From Promethearchaeota archaeon (GTDB lineage Archaea; Asgardarchaeota; Lokiarchaeia; Sigyniarchaeales; SOKP01): a DNA stretch of 64,000 bases. The translations under genes and the position numbers were made by a program. Below are positions 30,372 to 41,321 of the stretch, in pieces (positions within the stretch are counted from its first letter, which is position 1; the number at the start of each line of letters is the position of its first letter). The notes under the pieces were generated by a model that searched no databases, was not told the DNA's origin, and saw nothing but the letters and a program-made list of their open reading frames with translations. Where the stretch lies: positions 32,001 to 96,000 of the forward strand of contig RDOA01000009.1 of the NCBI GenBank assembly GCA_011364925.1, read 5' to 3'.

Positions 30372-31760
30372 TCATAAAAATACATTAATTCCTAATGTTT
30401 CCAACTTCTTTATATTTTCGGTGTTTATGTCAAGATCATTGTCACCAAGATATAACTCTTCTAAGCTTTCAAGATTGTATATAGATCGTGGAAGTAACTT
30501 CAATTTATTCCTTGCTAAATTTAATATTTTTAACTTTTTTAAATTTCCAATTGTTTCTGGTATAGATTCTAAATTGTTGTCTCCTAAATTTAAAATTTCT
30601 AAAGAAGATAAGGAATCGATTAAAGAAGGAACTTGGACTAATTCGTTTCTCTCAAGATCTAAGGATTTAAGCGAGCGCAAAAGAGTAATTGATAGTGGAA
30701 GATTCGTTAGCAAGTTCCAACTCAAATTTAAAATCTCTAATGATTTAAGAGAAGAAATAGAATTAGGAATATCAACTAGTTTATTATCATGAAGATTTAA
30801 TTCTTTAAGATTTTTTAAATTCCCTATATTATAAGGTAACATTTTTAGTTGGTTCAATCTTAAGTTCAGATGTTCTAGAGCCTCTAATGAACAAATGGAA
30901 TCTGGTAGATTTTGGAGCTCATTCTTCCAAAGTAATAATTCTTTTAAATGCAAAAGAGAACCTATAGATGTTGGAAGTTTATTTATATAGTTTACATTTA
31001 GGTTAAGTGATTCCAAGGAAGTTAAAGAACAGATCCATTCAGGAATTTCGGTAATTTGATTATATCTTAAAGCCAATTTCTTAAGATTTGTAAGATGTTT
31101 TAAAACATTGGGTAGTTTTGTTAAGCCTTTAAAAATAAAATCTAACTCTATAATTTTGCATTTATTTACGGTGTATTTCAATCTCCAGTAAGATTTTTTT
31201 AAAAATACTAAAGAAAAGTAATTTCTTAAGATATCTGCTAACTCATCTATAGTAAAATCTCTGCCTAATGAAGTAGATTTTAAGTTTTCAAGATCTATCC
31301 GAAAATCTTTATCGATAATCGCTTTTATTTCGTGAATTAAAATTAATTTAGCTGTTGGTTCATTATTTTTCAATAGATTATTGATTATCTTAATTAAGGA
31401 ATGATAAATTGTTTCTAAACAAAGGGGAGATTCTTCATGATGTAAAGCCCACCTTATTGGTTCTAAGGCCTTTTGTTTGTATTCATGACATAAAATAAGA
31501 GCAGCTTCATTTCTTATTAACTCGTCTGTATCCGATATAAGTAAATTTTCAAAGAAGTTCATCATAGTCTCACTATTGTCTTCAAGACTGCCAAATTCAA
31601 TACTAATTTCTCGTAATACTTGAAGGCTTTCTAATCTATGTTTGACATTTGTACTGTTTTCAATTAATGCTATTAAGTGCTGAGTAGCTGATTGCTTGTC
31701 TAAGATGTTCTTTTTTAATTTATCAAGAATTATTGATGGTGTACGGCTCTTAATGCTCAT
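30372..31760 (-). CDS. HEAT-repeat plus LRR protein
   Basis: ENLLISDTDELIRNEAA; 23-aa LP.SI..L..L..L.L..N.L repeats. Confidence 0.9.
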   Translation of the reverse strand: MSIKSRTPSIILDKLKKNILDKQSATQHLIALIENSTNVKHRLESLQVLREISIEFGSLEDNSETMMNFFENLLISDTDELIRNEAALILCHEYKQKALEPIRWALHHEESPLCLETIYHSLIKIINNLLKNNEPTAKLILIHEIKAIIDKDFRIDLENLKSTSLGRDFTIDELADILRNYFSLVFLKKSYWRLKYTVNKCKIIELDFIFKGLTKLPNVLKHLTNLKKLALRYNQITEIPEWICSLTSLESLNLNVNYINKLPTSIGSLLHLKELLLWKNELQNLPDSICSLEALEHLNLRLNQLKMLPYNIGNLKNLKELNLHDNKLVDIPNSISSLKSLEILNLSWNLLTNLPLSITLLRSLKSLDLERNELVQVPSLIDSLSSLEILNLGDNNLESIPETIGNLKKLKILNLARNKLKLLPRSIYNLESLEELYLGDNDLDINTENIKKLETLGINVFL

Positions 31761-31767
31761 CCCTCAA

Positions 31768-33267
31768 TTATTTAAAGATATTTAAACCTTTCTTTTCTAA
31801 CTCGCTTAAGAAGTTTGGTATTTCTTCAATATCAGTGAAGTTTAAATCTAAGATTCTTAAAGATGTAAGATTTTCTAAGGTTTTTGGGAGACACTTTACT
31901 CTATTCCCCCATAAACATAACTCTTCTAGAGATTTTAGCGATCCAATCCAACTAGGTAAACTTTCAAAACGATTCCAGCTCAGATTTAATACTTTTAAAT
32001 TTTTTAATGCGCTAAATGACTTAGGTAATGATGTAAGCGAATTATTCCATAACATTAAGACTTTCAGATTGGAAAGCGTTCCAATTGAACTAGGAAGAAC
32101 GGACAATTGATTATCAAATAAATTTAAAACCTCTAACGATTGAAATACTTGAATCCAATTAGGAAGATACGATAACTCGTTTCCCCCTAATCCTAATTTT
32201 TTTAAAGATTTAAGAAATTTAATGTTTTTCGGAATATGTTCGAGACTATTCAATCCTAATTCTAATTGTGTTAAAGAACTCATCCCTTTAAAAGAAATGT
32301 TAAGCTTACTTAAATTGTTTCCATGTAAATCTAATAATTCTAGGTTTAACAAATTATTTATTGAACTAGGCAACGAAGTCAATTCATTAGCTCTTAAGTC
32401 TAAATGCGTTAAAGAATGTAGAAAGCCAACAGAATTTGGGAGAGATTTAATTTTGTTATACCTCAAATTCAGATATTTCAAGTTATTCAGAGAACCAATA
32501 GAATTGGGCAGAGATTTAATTTTATTGTAGCTTAGATCGAGGTATTTTATTGAAGATAAATTTCCAATTGTTTCAGGTACCGTAGTGAGTCTATTAAATT
32601 TTAAATCTAACACATCTAACGAAGTTAAATATTCAATGAAATCAGGGAATCTGTTCAATATCGTCCATCCAAAAACGTGGCTACTCACATCTGATAAATC
32701 TAACTGAGAGATCAACCCATCCCTTACTTGATAATTAATCTGACCGAACTTTCTCTCCAAATCTGTTATAACAAAATAATTCTCAACAATTTGAGATAAT
32801 TCAAGATTTGAGAAGCTTTCAAATGGTCTTTTATCAAATAATATTTTCAAACTTTCTGCTATCTTTTCGTTTGTAATTCCATCGATTTTATTTTTAAGTA
32901 ATGATCTTGAATGAGGTGTGTCAATTTTCCCTAAGATTTTAGAGACCGTCAATAAACATCTTAAAGACTCTTCATGTTCTAAAACCCAGTTTAACGGTTC
33001 AAGGGCTATATCCAGAAAGATTCGTTCTATTACAGTCGCAGCGGTATACCTTATAATTTCATGCGTATCTGAAATTAATAAATTTTCTAATAATTTGAAA
33101 ACAATATCTGTATTAGCGTTAATATCAGCTAAAACGCTGATACTATCAATTCGAACTTGTATATCTTCACTGTTTTCTATTATTGAAACGAGTTGATCTA
33201 TTGCAGAATTTTTATCTAATCTTTTATTCTGATAATTTTTTTTAATGAGTTGAGAAGATAATTCCAT
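31768..33267 (-). CDS. HEAT-repeat plus LRR protein
   Basis: ENLLISDTHEIIRYTAA; about 12 LRRs of 23 aa. Confidence 0.9.
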   Translation of the reverse strand: MELSSQLIKKNYQNKRLDKNSAIDQLVSIIENSEDIQVRIDSISVLADINANTDIVFKLLENLLISDTHEIIRYTAATVIERIFLDIALEPLNWVLEHEESLRCLLTVSKILGKIDTPHSRSLLKNKIDGITNEKIAESLKILFDKRPFESFSNLELSQIVENYFVITDLERKFGQINYQVRDGLISQLDLSDVSSHVFGWTILNRFPDFIEYLTSLDVLDLKFNRLTTVPETIGNLSSIKYLDLSYNKIKSLPNSIGSLNNLKYLNLRYNKIKSLPNSVGFLHSLTHLDLRANELTSLPSSINNLLNLELLDLHGNNLSKLNISFKGMSSLTQLELGLNSLEHIPKNIKFLKSLKKLGLGGNELSYLPNWIQVFQSLEVLNLFDNQLSVLPSSIGTLSNLKVLMLWNNSLTSLPKSFSALKNLKVLNLSWNRFESLPSWIGSLKSLEELCLWGNRVKCLPKTLENLTSLRILDLNFTDIEEIPNFLSELEKKGLNIFK

Positions 33268-33422
33268 TAATCTTCGATATTCGGGTTGATTATTTAAATT
33301 TATTATTATATGCCATTAAATTTGTGATGAGTCAATGTTATAATAACATTTTTCAAAAAAAAAAGAGATTTTAATAAAAAAAAATGTGGTAGATTAGACA
33401 TTTAAAAATTCAATCCGTAAAT

Positions 33423-33917
33423 TTATTCTTTATCTGGTGGTTTTCTTCCTAACCAATTTTCGTAGAATACATCAATTTCAGGCAAGAAATTGAATATTAC
33501 AGGATATCCGGGAGGAACAGCCTCAACATCTAGTAACGAAAAACAACCAGGACAAAAATATTCTCTGAGCTCTTCCCATTCGGGATCACACCCCATATCT
33601 TTAGGATAAAGTTCTTCAATTGCCTCAAAAGTGTCTCTTACGCGTATCTTACATTTTGTTTTCCAGTTAATCCTATAATCTCCAAATTCATATCCACAAT
33701 CACATTTTACAATTCGTTCCCCATTTTTCGAAACAATATAAAGATGCTCGTGAAGAGGCAGGATAATTGGTTCTTTCCAGTTAAGTTTCTCTTGTAGAAT
33801 CTCAATAATCGCGTCGAATCGATTAGGATCTTTATGATCTCCTATAATCGGTTTAAGTTGTTCCCAAGGCAATTGTCCATCTAACATCCTCTGTAAAGTT
33901 TTCTTATCTTCTTTCAT
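33423..33917 (-). CDS. acxC: Acetone carboxylase gamma subunit-like
   Basis: VKCDCGYEFGDYRINWK, REYFCPGC, VEAVPPGYP. Confidence 0.88.
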   Translation of the reverse strand: MKEDKKTLQRMLDGQLPWEQLKPIIGDHKDPNRFDAIIEILQEKLNWKEPIILPLHEHLYIVSKNGERIVKCDCGYEFGDYRINWKTKCKIRVRDTFEAIEELYPKDMGCDPEWEELREYFCPGCFSLLDVEAVPPGYPVIFNFLPEIDVFYENWLGRKPPDKE

Positions 33918-33920
33918 TTC

Positions 33921-36137
33921 TTAATCTCCTCCCATCTGGAAATCCTCAGGGAATTTCCAAAATTCTTTAAATTCTTTGCTCCATGTTTTTGAAAGTTTAA
34001 GACTTTCAGAATACATTCTATTCACGTGTTCAGAAAGTTCTCCTTCAGTTATCTTTTTACGTTCATATTTCCAGAATTCTTCAAAATTCATAGATTTTTC
34101 TTCTCTCTCCTTCTTGATCTCTTCTCTATGTTTTGTTGATTCTTCTACATCGATTTCCCACTCTTTTGTTGTCTTTTCATATTTAGCGACAACACCAAAT
34201 ACGTTATTCACTGTTTCTGGAGTATATAAACCATCATCAAGATCTTGCTTAATGCTTTCTAATTTTCTCTCAAGAGGATCTCCATAACCAGGACCCCCAC
34301 TTTCTGAAAAATGTATAATATCATAATTATGAAGAGAAATGGGATAAATTGTTCCATACGGTTTTCTTTCTATGTCACCTTCTAAAAACCTCTCAAATTC
34401 TCCATTACGCGTATCGTCATCACTTATAGGGTAATCTTGTTTATTTTGAAATATTTCTGCTAAATTTGTATTGGTAGCTTGTAATCTGTAACTAGTAGAA
34501 TTTGGATATCCACCATGCATACCTCCTGATCCATGAAAAACCAATCCTTCCCTTCCAGCAAAAAATTCAACCTTTTCTGAATTTGCAATGAAAGCTACTG
34601 ATCCATAGTTCCCTCCTCCTCGATATTTTCCAAATCCTGCAACATTAGGTTTCACTTTTCTCGACAAGTAAGGAATACCTCCTTGGAAAAGCTCCCAGGT
34701 TTCTACATCTCCAAGATCAGACTCGGGATTCCACATAGCATAACCCCAATTTAAGCCATCTCTAACAGCACTAGCACCTAAACCTTGACCTGAAATTTCA
34801 AAGGTTGATAGCATCCATCTTTCACCCTTCAAAGGTCCCGCATTAAATATACCTCCACCTTGAATAGAATCACCCGTAAATCCATATCCAGGAACAACTT
34901 CTTCTCTAAATCCTCGTGCAAATAATCCATACGATAAGCATTTCATCATAGCTGTATAAGCAGGAATCAGATTTCCCCATGGAGCTTGATAGGAAAGATA
35001 AGGATCTCCCGGATTAGCCCAAGAACCTAATGGATAATTTTTCTCAACAGCATAATATGCACCATCATTTACCTTATCCCCATAGATTAAAACCTGTGTT
35101 AATAGGACCCACTGACCTCCTTCCATAGCACCCTTATCACAATTAAAAGCGTTAGCGCCTCCTGCACTGGCACCGTCAAACGAAACGGAAAACTTTCCAT
35201 CCTCCTTAACAATAATTTCAAGGGGATGATTAGAAATTCGATTTTCTTTTGCTAAGGGAACCCATGCTTGGTGTTTCATTGGAAGGTCCATAAAGGAAGA
35301 AGCCCGATATCTTCCTGGAATCAGCCTTTCTTTGACTCTCTTCTGAAGTATTTGCCTCCCTTCTTCTATAGCTTCCCGTATAAATTTCTTATAATATTCG
35401 ATACCTTCTCTCTCGATGAACTCAAAAACCGCGTCTCTTATCATTAAGTTCCCAGCAAGACGGCATTTTTCATCAAGCTCCCAATACATAGGACTTCTCA
35501 CAGCTTTTTTTGCGCTTATCATATGATCCCGCCAGATTTTATCATTCGATCCAATTTTTAGGCAAGTGTAATAAGCACCATCATCGAACCTCTGGATTGA
35601 AGATACTAAAGTATGACCTGGTGTTATTCCACCAATATCTATTTGATGAGTTACACCTCCAGCCCATCCGATGAGTTCTTCTTCCCAAAAGATTGGAATT
35701 AATGTCTGCACATCAGTTGTGTGAACATTTCCACACTGCGGATCATTATTTAAAAAGATATCTCCTTGATTAATTGTAGGATTCTCTTCATACCCTTCCC
35801 GAATCATAAATTTGATGCCTTCGCTCATTGTATGGATGTGTACCAATATACCCGTAGAAACAGCAATTGAATCTCCCTCTGGGGTATATAATCCAAAACA
35901 TAATTCTCCAATCTCTGTTACAATAGGTGATGCTGCGACATGTAAAGCTGTTTCTCTAGCAGAAACTAAAGCTCCTCTTAAACTCGCATATGCTCTCTCA
36001 TATCTAAACGGATTTTCTTCCTTTAAGCTTAAATGTTCAATCCCATAATAAGATTTCTTGTCTTCAAGTAATTTTTCGCTCTCTTCAAGCATGCTTTTAA
36101 GCGACTTTCCATTCCAACCGATATTTTTAGACTCCAT
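33921..36137 (-). CDS. acxB: Acetone carboxylase alpha subunit-like (hydantoinase B family)
   Basis: ASPIVTEIGELCFGLYTPEGD, NDP..GNVHTTD, GGVTHQID, GGPGYGDPLER. Confidence 0.85.
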   Translation of the reverse strand: MESKNIGWNGKSLKSMLEESEKLLEDKKSYYGIEHLSLKEENPFRYERAYASLRGALVSARETALHVAASPIVTEIGELCFGLYTPEGDSIAVSTGILVHIHTMSEGIKFMIREGYEENPTINQGDIFLNNDPQCGNVHTTDVQTLIPIFWEEELIGWAGGVTHQIDIGGITPGHTLVSSIQRFDDGAYYTCLKIGSNDKIWRDHMISAKKAVRSPMYWELDEKCRLAGNLMIRDAVFEFIEREGIEYYKKFIREAIEEGRQILQKRVKERLIPGRYRASSFMDLPMKHQAWVPLAKENRISNHPLEIIVKEDGKFSVSFDGASAGGANAFNCDKGAMEGGQWVLLTQVLIYGDKVNDGAYYAVEKNYPLGSWANPGDPYLSYQAPWGNLIPAYTAMMKCLSYGLFARGFREEVVPGYGFTGDSIQGGGIFNAGPLKGERWMLSTFEISGQGLGASAVRDGLNWGYAMWNPESDLGDVETWELFQGGIPYLSRKVKPNVAGFGKYRGGGNYGSVAFIANSEKVEFFAGREGLVFHGSGGMHGGYPNSTSYRLQATNTNLAEIFQNKQDYPISDDDTRNGEFERFLEGDIERKPYGTIYPISLHNYDIIHFSESGGPGYGDPLERKLESIKQDLDDGLYTPETVNNVFGVVAKYEKTTKEWEIDVEESTKHREEIKKEREEKSMNFEEFWKYERKKITEGELSEHVNRMYSESLKLSKTWSKEFKEFWKFPEDFQMGGD

Positions 36138-36139
36138 TT

Positions 36140-38326
36140 TTATTTTCCCTCCATATGAAATATTCTGTGCTTATCAAGTTTAACTCGATAATTTGGTGGA
36201 ACCACTAAAGTAGTAGCTGGAGCCTCAATAACAGCCGGACCATTTACGATATTTCCACTATTTAATAGTCTCATTTCCCAGATAGAAGACTCGTGCCATT
36301 TTCCGTCCCAATATGTTTCTCTTGTCCCTTTAGAGGATATGTCGTTAGGCCTTTCACTGCTTAACTCATACTCTGGTAATATAGGTTTAGGAACTGGTAC
36401 TACTCCCGTACCGACAGCCTTAGTAACATGATAACCTAATTCAGGACTTTTGGTCCCTCGTCGAAAAATTTTTTCAAACAAATCGTCGTATCGCTTAAGG
36501 ATTATATCTACATCAGGCGAATCAAAACGATCTAGCTCTGCAGAATACTCTGCATTCAGTACATCGGTATGCGATTCAACTTCTAAATCTTTCAACATCC
36601 CAAAATATTGTAACTTAAGGGACGGTTTAAACTTCATTTCTTCAGGGTTCCTCCCTTCCTTTTCAAATTCTTCTTTAATTCTTGTTTTCAAGTCATTCCA
36701 TGTTGAGCTTAGCATTGAGGCAACAAATCCACTCATAGTTCTGTCAGGATCGATAACTAAATCTACAGAGATCTCGTGTCTATAAGAGTGATCGGCACAT
36801 GCGCACCCATAAGCTGAAAACGCAGCAGCCCACTCCGGTATCATAATATTTTGAAAAGATAACCCTTTTGAATATCCTGCTACATGAAGAGGTCCACCAC
36901 CTCCAAAGCTTAAAAGCGTATAATTTTCTGGTCTAAATCCAAGGCCCTGAATCATCCCGTTTAGGTGGTTTTTCATGTTAATCTCAATTAAATCCAAAGC
37001 TCCTCTTGCGGTTTCATATGGATCAGTTTTGAAAGGTGTAGCTAATTGATCTTCGATGTAACTAAGTGCTCTTTTTTTGTTTAAAGGAACTTTCCCACCC
37101 AAAAAGTAGTCTGGATTAAGGTAGCCAAGAATCAAGCTGCAGTCAGTCATAGTCACTTGTTCTACTCCTGATTGTTCGTTACACACTCCTATAAGATATC
37201 CTGCGCTCTCAGGACCGAATTCTAGTCTACCAGAAACATCATTGTATCTAACATACATCCCTGTACCTGCTCCAATTGAATCCAACGCTATCATGGGAAT
37301 ATTTAGGATAAATCCACCAAGAGAGCTTTCCCATTTAGTCGGAACATAGTGTTCCATAGTTAGCCCAACATCAAAACTCGTACCTCCTACATCTGAAGAT
37401 ACCAGGTTTTTTATACCATATTTTTCAGCAATGAATTTACTACCAATCATACCCCCTATTGGTCCAGAGACCATGGTCGGAATAAGAGATTTAGAATAGG
37501 GAGACATTGTTCCTCCATAAGAGGTCAAAATCCTAAGAGGTGCTGGCACACCCTTCTCTTTTAATTTCTCAGCTATAGCTTTTAATTGCTTCCTTGAGGG
37601 TTCTGCGGCATATTGTTCAATAAGAAGAGCGTTTAATCGTGGTGTTTCACCTCTTACCGGATTATGATCGGAAGACAGGATGACTGGTATTTCTTTCCCT
37701 TTCTCTTTCATAATTTGCTTTGCTATTCTTTCTACCTCCATTTCATGCATTGAATTCATATATGAACAAAGTAGACATACACAGATACAATCTACATTCA
37801 TTTCAAGTAATTCGTCTACTGCTTTTTCTACATCTCTTTCATAAAGAGGAATCAGTTCGTCACCCCAAAAATTAATTCTTCCTCTCACTCCTTTAAAGTT
37901 ATTTCTTGGAATAAGAGTCGGAGGATGTTCGTGTTCCCTAACATGAAGTCTTCCAGCATAATCAAGTCCTATCCAACATTGTAAAGCCCTTCCTAAACGG
38001 TGGAGATCCTCAAATCCTGCATTTACAATAACGCCAATGTTGTCGTTTCCTTCTCGTTCCAAAAGTCTATTAAGCATGGCTGTGCCTGAATAGACTAAAG
38101 CCTCCACACCGACACCAGTATCTTCTAACAATTTACCCCATTGGTTTAATGAATCTTCGATGGAATTTAAAATTCCAATGGATTCTTCGTTTCCGGTGGT
38201 TAATGCTTTTCCTACAGAAAAACTACCATTCTCATCTATAATAAAGGAATCTGTCATTGTTCCACCAGTATCTAACGCAATGACCTTTAATAAATGTGCT
38301 TTATCTTCATTTACTGATTCTGTCAA
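36140..38326 (-). CDS. acxA: Acetone carboxylase beta subunit-like (hydantoinase A/oxoprolinase family)
   Basis: DTGGTMTD, SGPIGG, DVGGTSFD, GPESAG, FGGGGPLH. Confidence 0.85.
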   Translation of the reverse strand: MTESVNEDKAHLLKVIALDTGGTMTDSFIIDENGSFSVGKALTTGNEESIGILNSIEDSLNQWGKLLEDTGVGVEALVYSGTAMLNRLLEREGNDNIGVIVNAGFEDLHRLGRALQCWIGLDYAGRLHVREHEHPPTLIPRNNFKGVRGRINFWGDELIPLYERDVEKAVDELLEMNVDCICVCLLCSYMNSMHEMEVERIAKQIMKEKGKEIPVILSSDHNPVRGETPRLNALLIEQYAAEPSRKQLKAIAEKLKEKGVPAPLRILTSYGGTMSPYSKSLIPTMVSGPIGGMIGSKFIAEKYGIKNLVSSDVGGTSFDVGLTMEHYVPTKWESSLGGFILNIPMIALDSIGAGTGMYVRYNDVSGRLEFGPESAGYLIGVCNEQSGVEQVTMTDCSLILGYLNPDYFLGGKVPLNKKRALSYIEDQLATPFKTDPYETARGALDLIEINMKNHLNGMIQGLGFRPENYTLLSFGGGGPLHVAGYSKGLSFQNIMIPEWAAAFSAYGCACADHSYRHEISVDLVIDPDRTMSGFVASMLSSTWNDLKTRIKEEFEKEGRNPEEMKFKPSLKLQYFGMLKDLEVESHTDVLNAEYSAELDRFDSPDVDIILKRYDDLFEKIFRRGTKSPELGYHVTKAVGTGVVPVPKPILPEYELSSERPNDISSKGTRETYWDGKWHESSIWEMRLLNSGNIVNGPAVIEAPATTLVVPPNYRVKLDKHRIFHMEGK

Positions 38327-38455
38327 TTTCTTTCACTTAGAACTTTTTTAAAATTATATAACATAATTAGAGTTGATGCTATTTATAGCTAAGTGGTTAT
38401 CAATATAATGTAAAATTGAAAAATAAGTATGATGATATTAACATCTAATAGAGAA

Positions 38456-39994
38456 TTAAATTCGTTCTATCATCATTCCACCAAGTATTATAGGTCCACC
38501 TGTTGAATTGTAAATATTTTCTGCCCGTTTTATTTTACTTTGACTCTCAGAATATATTTTGAAAATTAAATCTCCTTCTTTAATTCTTGCGCCTTGTTTT
38601 TTGAAAATCTCGACACCTGACTGTTTTGAGTGTGGACATCCAGTAGCTTTGGCAATCTGATTAATAATGGCGTTATTTACTCCAGTTATATGCCCTGGCT
38701 TTGTGGCAAAGAATTCTTTTTTGTAAGGCCCTAATTTAATTTCTTCTGGTTTAAGTTCAGGATTTCCACCTTGTGCTTTAATTATACTTCTCATTTTTTC
38801 ATACGCCTTTCCAGATCGCAAAATTTCCTTTGCTAATTTTTGGCCCATTCCTTTTTGAGCTTTCCCTCCCATTTCAAGTAAAATGCCTGCTATATCTGTA
38901 GATTTTTCAATTAGAGAATTGGGACCAGCAGAATAGTCCATAAGTAGTGTTAACGCTTCTTTAGCTTCTAAACCAGGTCCAACCGCGTGACCAATAGGTT
39001 GGTGTGCAAGAGTTAGTGCGCATTCTGCTTTAATTCCAACATTTCTTGCTATTTCTTTAAAAACATAAGCGAATTGTTTACCATCATGAGGGGTTGTAAA
39101 TTTCGTACCTTCGCCTACCGGTATGTCTAATACGAGTTTTTTAACACCGAGAGATAATTTTTTAGTTATTATAGAGGGAATCATAAGGCCTATAGGGTCC
39201 ATGTGCAATGGGCGTTCAATTTCGATTAATATGTTATCCGCGGGTGAAGTGTTTAAAGCTCCACCCCAAATAATGCAAGCGTTCTCTGTCGACACAATGG
39301 TTTTCAATGCATCTGCTTCAAAAGCGACTGGTGCTAAAACTTCCATAGAATCAGCAGTTCCAGAAGGAGAAGTTATTGCCCTTGTAGAAGATTTCGGAAT
39401 GGTTAATCCCGTAGCTGCAACAATAGGAACTATTATTAGGGAAACCTTATTTCCCGGTACCCCTCCCGTTGAATGTTTATCATATACATCGGGACCAAAA
39501 TTGAAGATTTCCCCACTCCTAGATTCCGCATTTGCTAACGAAGTCATCTCTTCATGATCCATCCCATTTATGAATACTGCTGTGATAAAAGCTGCCAGAT
39601 CTATTTTTGATAAGGAACCTGAGACAGTATCAGAAACAATGTTGTTAATTTCTTCAGTTGTCAATTTGCTTCCCCTTATTTTTTTCTGAATAAATTTGAA
39701 AGAATCGGGAGGATCTGCTGATTTGACAGATAACACCATGTTATCTTTAAGAGAAGGCTTTTCTTTAATGATATCTAGAAAAACACCAATTTCTCCCGGT
39801 TTCACGATAGAATTAGAATAATCAATTTGTAAAATGGCAATCCAATATTTTTCTTCAATGTTTTTAGATTCTAAATTTTTAATATTAATTCTATCGCCAG
39901 CTTTTTGTCCAAGTTTAAGTGCATCCTTGATATTTAAAACAACATCTTTGGTATTACCTGTCTCAAAGTTTATTGTTTTTACTTTTAGCTTCAT
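38456..39994 (-). CDS. deoA: AMP phosphorylase (archaeal thymidine phosphorylase family)
   Basis: DKHSTGGVPGNK, KSSTRAITSPSGTADSMEVL, N-terminal extra domain. Confidence 0.9.
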   Translation of the reverse strand: MKLKVKTINFETGNTKDVVLNIKDALKLGQKAGDRINIKNLESKNIEEKYWIAILQIDYSNSIVKPGEIGVFLDIIKEKPSLKDNMVLSVKSADPPDSFKFIQKKIRGSKLTTEEINNIVSDTVSGSLSKIDLAAFITAVFINGMDHEEMTSLANAESRSGEIFNFGPDVYDKHSTGGVPGNKVSLIIVPIVAATGLTIPKSSTRAITSPSGTADSMEVLAPVAFEADALKTIVSTENACIIWGGALNTSPADNILIEIERPLHMDPIGLMIPSIITKKLSLGVKKLVLDIPVGEGTKFTTPHDGKQFAYVFKEIARNVGIKAECALTLAHQPIGHAVGPGLEAKEALTLLMDYSAGPNSLIEKSTDIAGILLEMGGKAQKGMGQKLAKEILRSGKAYEKMRSIIKAQGGNPELKPEEIKLGPYKKEFFATKPGHITGVNNAIINQIAKATGCPHSKQSGVEIFKKQGARIKEGDLIFKIYSESQSKIKRAENIYNSTGGPIILGGMMIERI

Positions 39995-40156
39995 AATTTC
40001 AAAATAGCGTTTAATTCATTATAAATTAGATCATTCGGTTAAATAAAGGTACTTGAATAGTCTTCGTATTCCCCTCTGAATAATTTCTCGCGTGAGTTTC
40101 TCATTTTCCGAATATTTTATTTAAACTTTTTAATAAAATTAATTAAAAATCAATAA

Positions 40157-41308
40157 ATGATAAGAAGTATGAACAAGTTCGAAAAAGCTCAAACTGTACT
40201 CAACGAAATTGACGCGGAAGGCTGGTTAATAGTATGCGTTGAAGATAGTGATATTAATTCTAGATTTATGATAGGTGTTACTTCTCACGCCCGGCACTAC
40301 ATTTATATTGGTGCTGATGGAAAACATAAAGTTATCGCTGTTGAGATGGAAGCTCCCATGATTGCTCGTTCTTTAAAGGACAAAGGAGTAAATGCTGATG
40401 TGGTATCCTATAACTCAATGCTTGAATTAACAACATTGTTAATTCCTCTTGTTAATAAACCGCGTATAGCTTTAAACTTCGGAAATGAAATACTATCTCC
40501 AGAAGGAACCGCCTTTGCTGATCAGATTCGCGTAGGAGATTTCTTCTCGATGAAAACATTGGCTCCACAAACAGAATTTATATCAGCAGCACCTATAATA
40601 GAGAGGTTAAGAAGCGTAAAATCCTCTGAAGAGTTAAAAGATTTGCGAAACGTATGCAAAGCCACTTTAGAGTTATTGGAGAAATTTCCCGATTGGGTTA
40701 AGGTTGGGATGACGGAAAAGGAAGTAAAAGCAAAATTAGAATACGAATATATGAAAGTGGGGAGACCTTCGTTTCCAGCAATAGTTGCCACTGGAGCTCA
40801 TTCAGCAGATCCGCATCATAACACTTCTTCGAAGAAAATTGAACCGGGTGTGTTATTAGTGGATACAGGGTTGCAAATCGACGAAATGTGCTCTGACATA
40901 ACTTGGACATTTTGGGTTCGAGATAAACCTGTTCAAGAATTTATCACCGCTTACGACGCTCTTTTTGAATCTAAAGAAATTGCTCACAATTTCTTTACTG
41001 ATGGAACCCCAAATAACTTACCTGCTAAGAAATGTCGAAAATATCTAGCTGATAAGGGATACGACCACGAGAAGTTATTTTTCCATGGATACGGCCACTC
41101 ATTAGGATTCGAAGCGCACGACATCGGCGGTAGAATTAACTGGAATATGCCTGACAATATTAAACTTAAAGAGAATATGGTATATACGAGCGAGCCAGGG
41201 CTATATTGGACTGATAAATGGGGAATAAGGTTAGAAGACGATGTTATTATAGGTAAAGATAAATGCGAGAAAGTTACTTATAACTCTAAAGATCCTATGA
41301 TAATTTAA
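40157..41308 (+). CDS. Xaa-Pro peptidase (M24 family)
   Basis: LRSVKS..E, PHH, D...CSDITWT, HGYGHSLG..HD, EPG, GIRLEDD. Confidence 0.9.
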   Translation: MIRSMNKFEKAQTVLNEIDAEGWLIVCVEDSDINSRFMIGVTSHARHYIYIGADGKHKVIAVEMEAPMIARSLKDKGVNADVVSYNSMLELTTLLIPLVNKPRIALNFGNEILSPEGTAFADQIRVGDFFSMKTLAPQTEFISAAPIIERLRSVKSSEELKDLRNVCKATLELLEKFPDWVKVGMTEKEVKAKLEYEYMKVGRPSFPAIVATGAHSADPHHNTSSKKIEPGVLLVDTGLQIDEMCSDITWTFWVRDKPVQEFITAYDALFESKEIAHNFFTDGTPNNLPAKKCRKYLADKGYDHEKLFFHGYGHSLGFEAHDIGGRINWNMPDNIKLKENMVYTSEPGLYWTDKWGIRLEDDVIIGKDKCEKVTYNSKDPMII

Positions 41309-41321
41309 ACTTGATTTTTGC

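Noticed and set aside
30421-33196. Antisense ORFs within the LRR genes (and similar shadow ORFs elsewhere)
   Set aside because: They lie fully inside well-supported genes on the opposite strand and reflect codon bias
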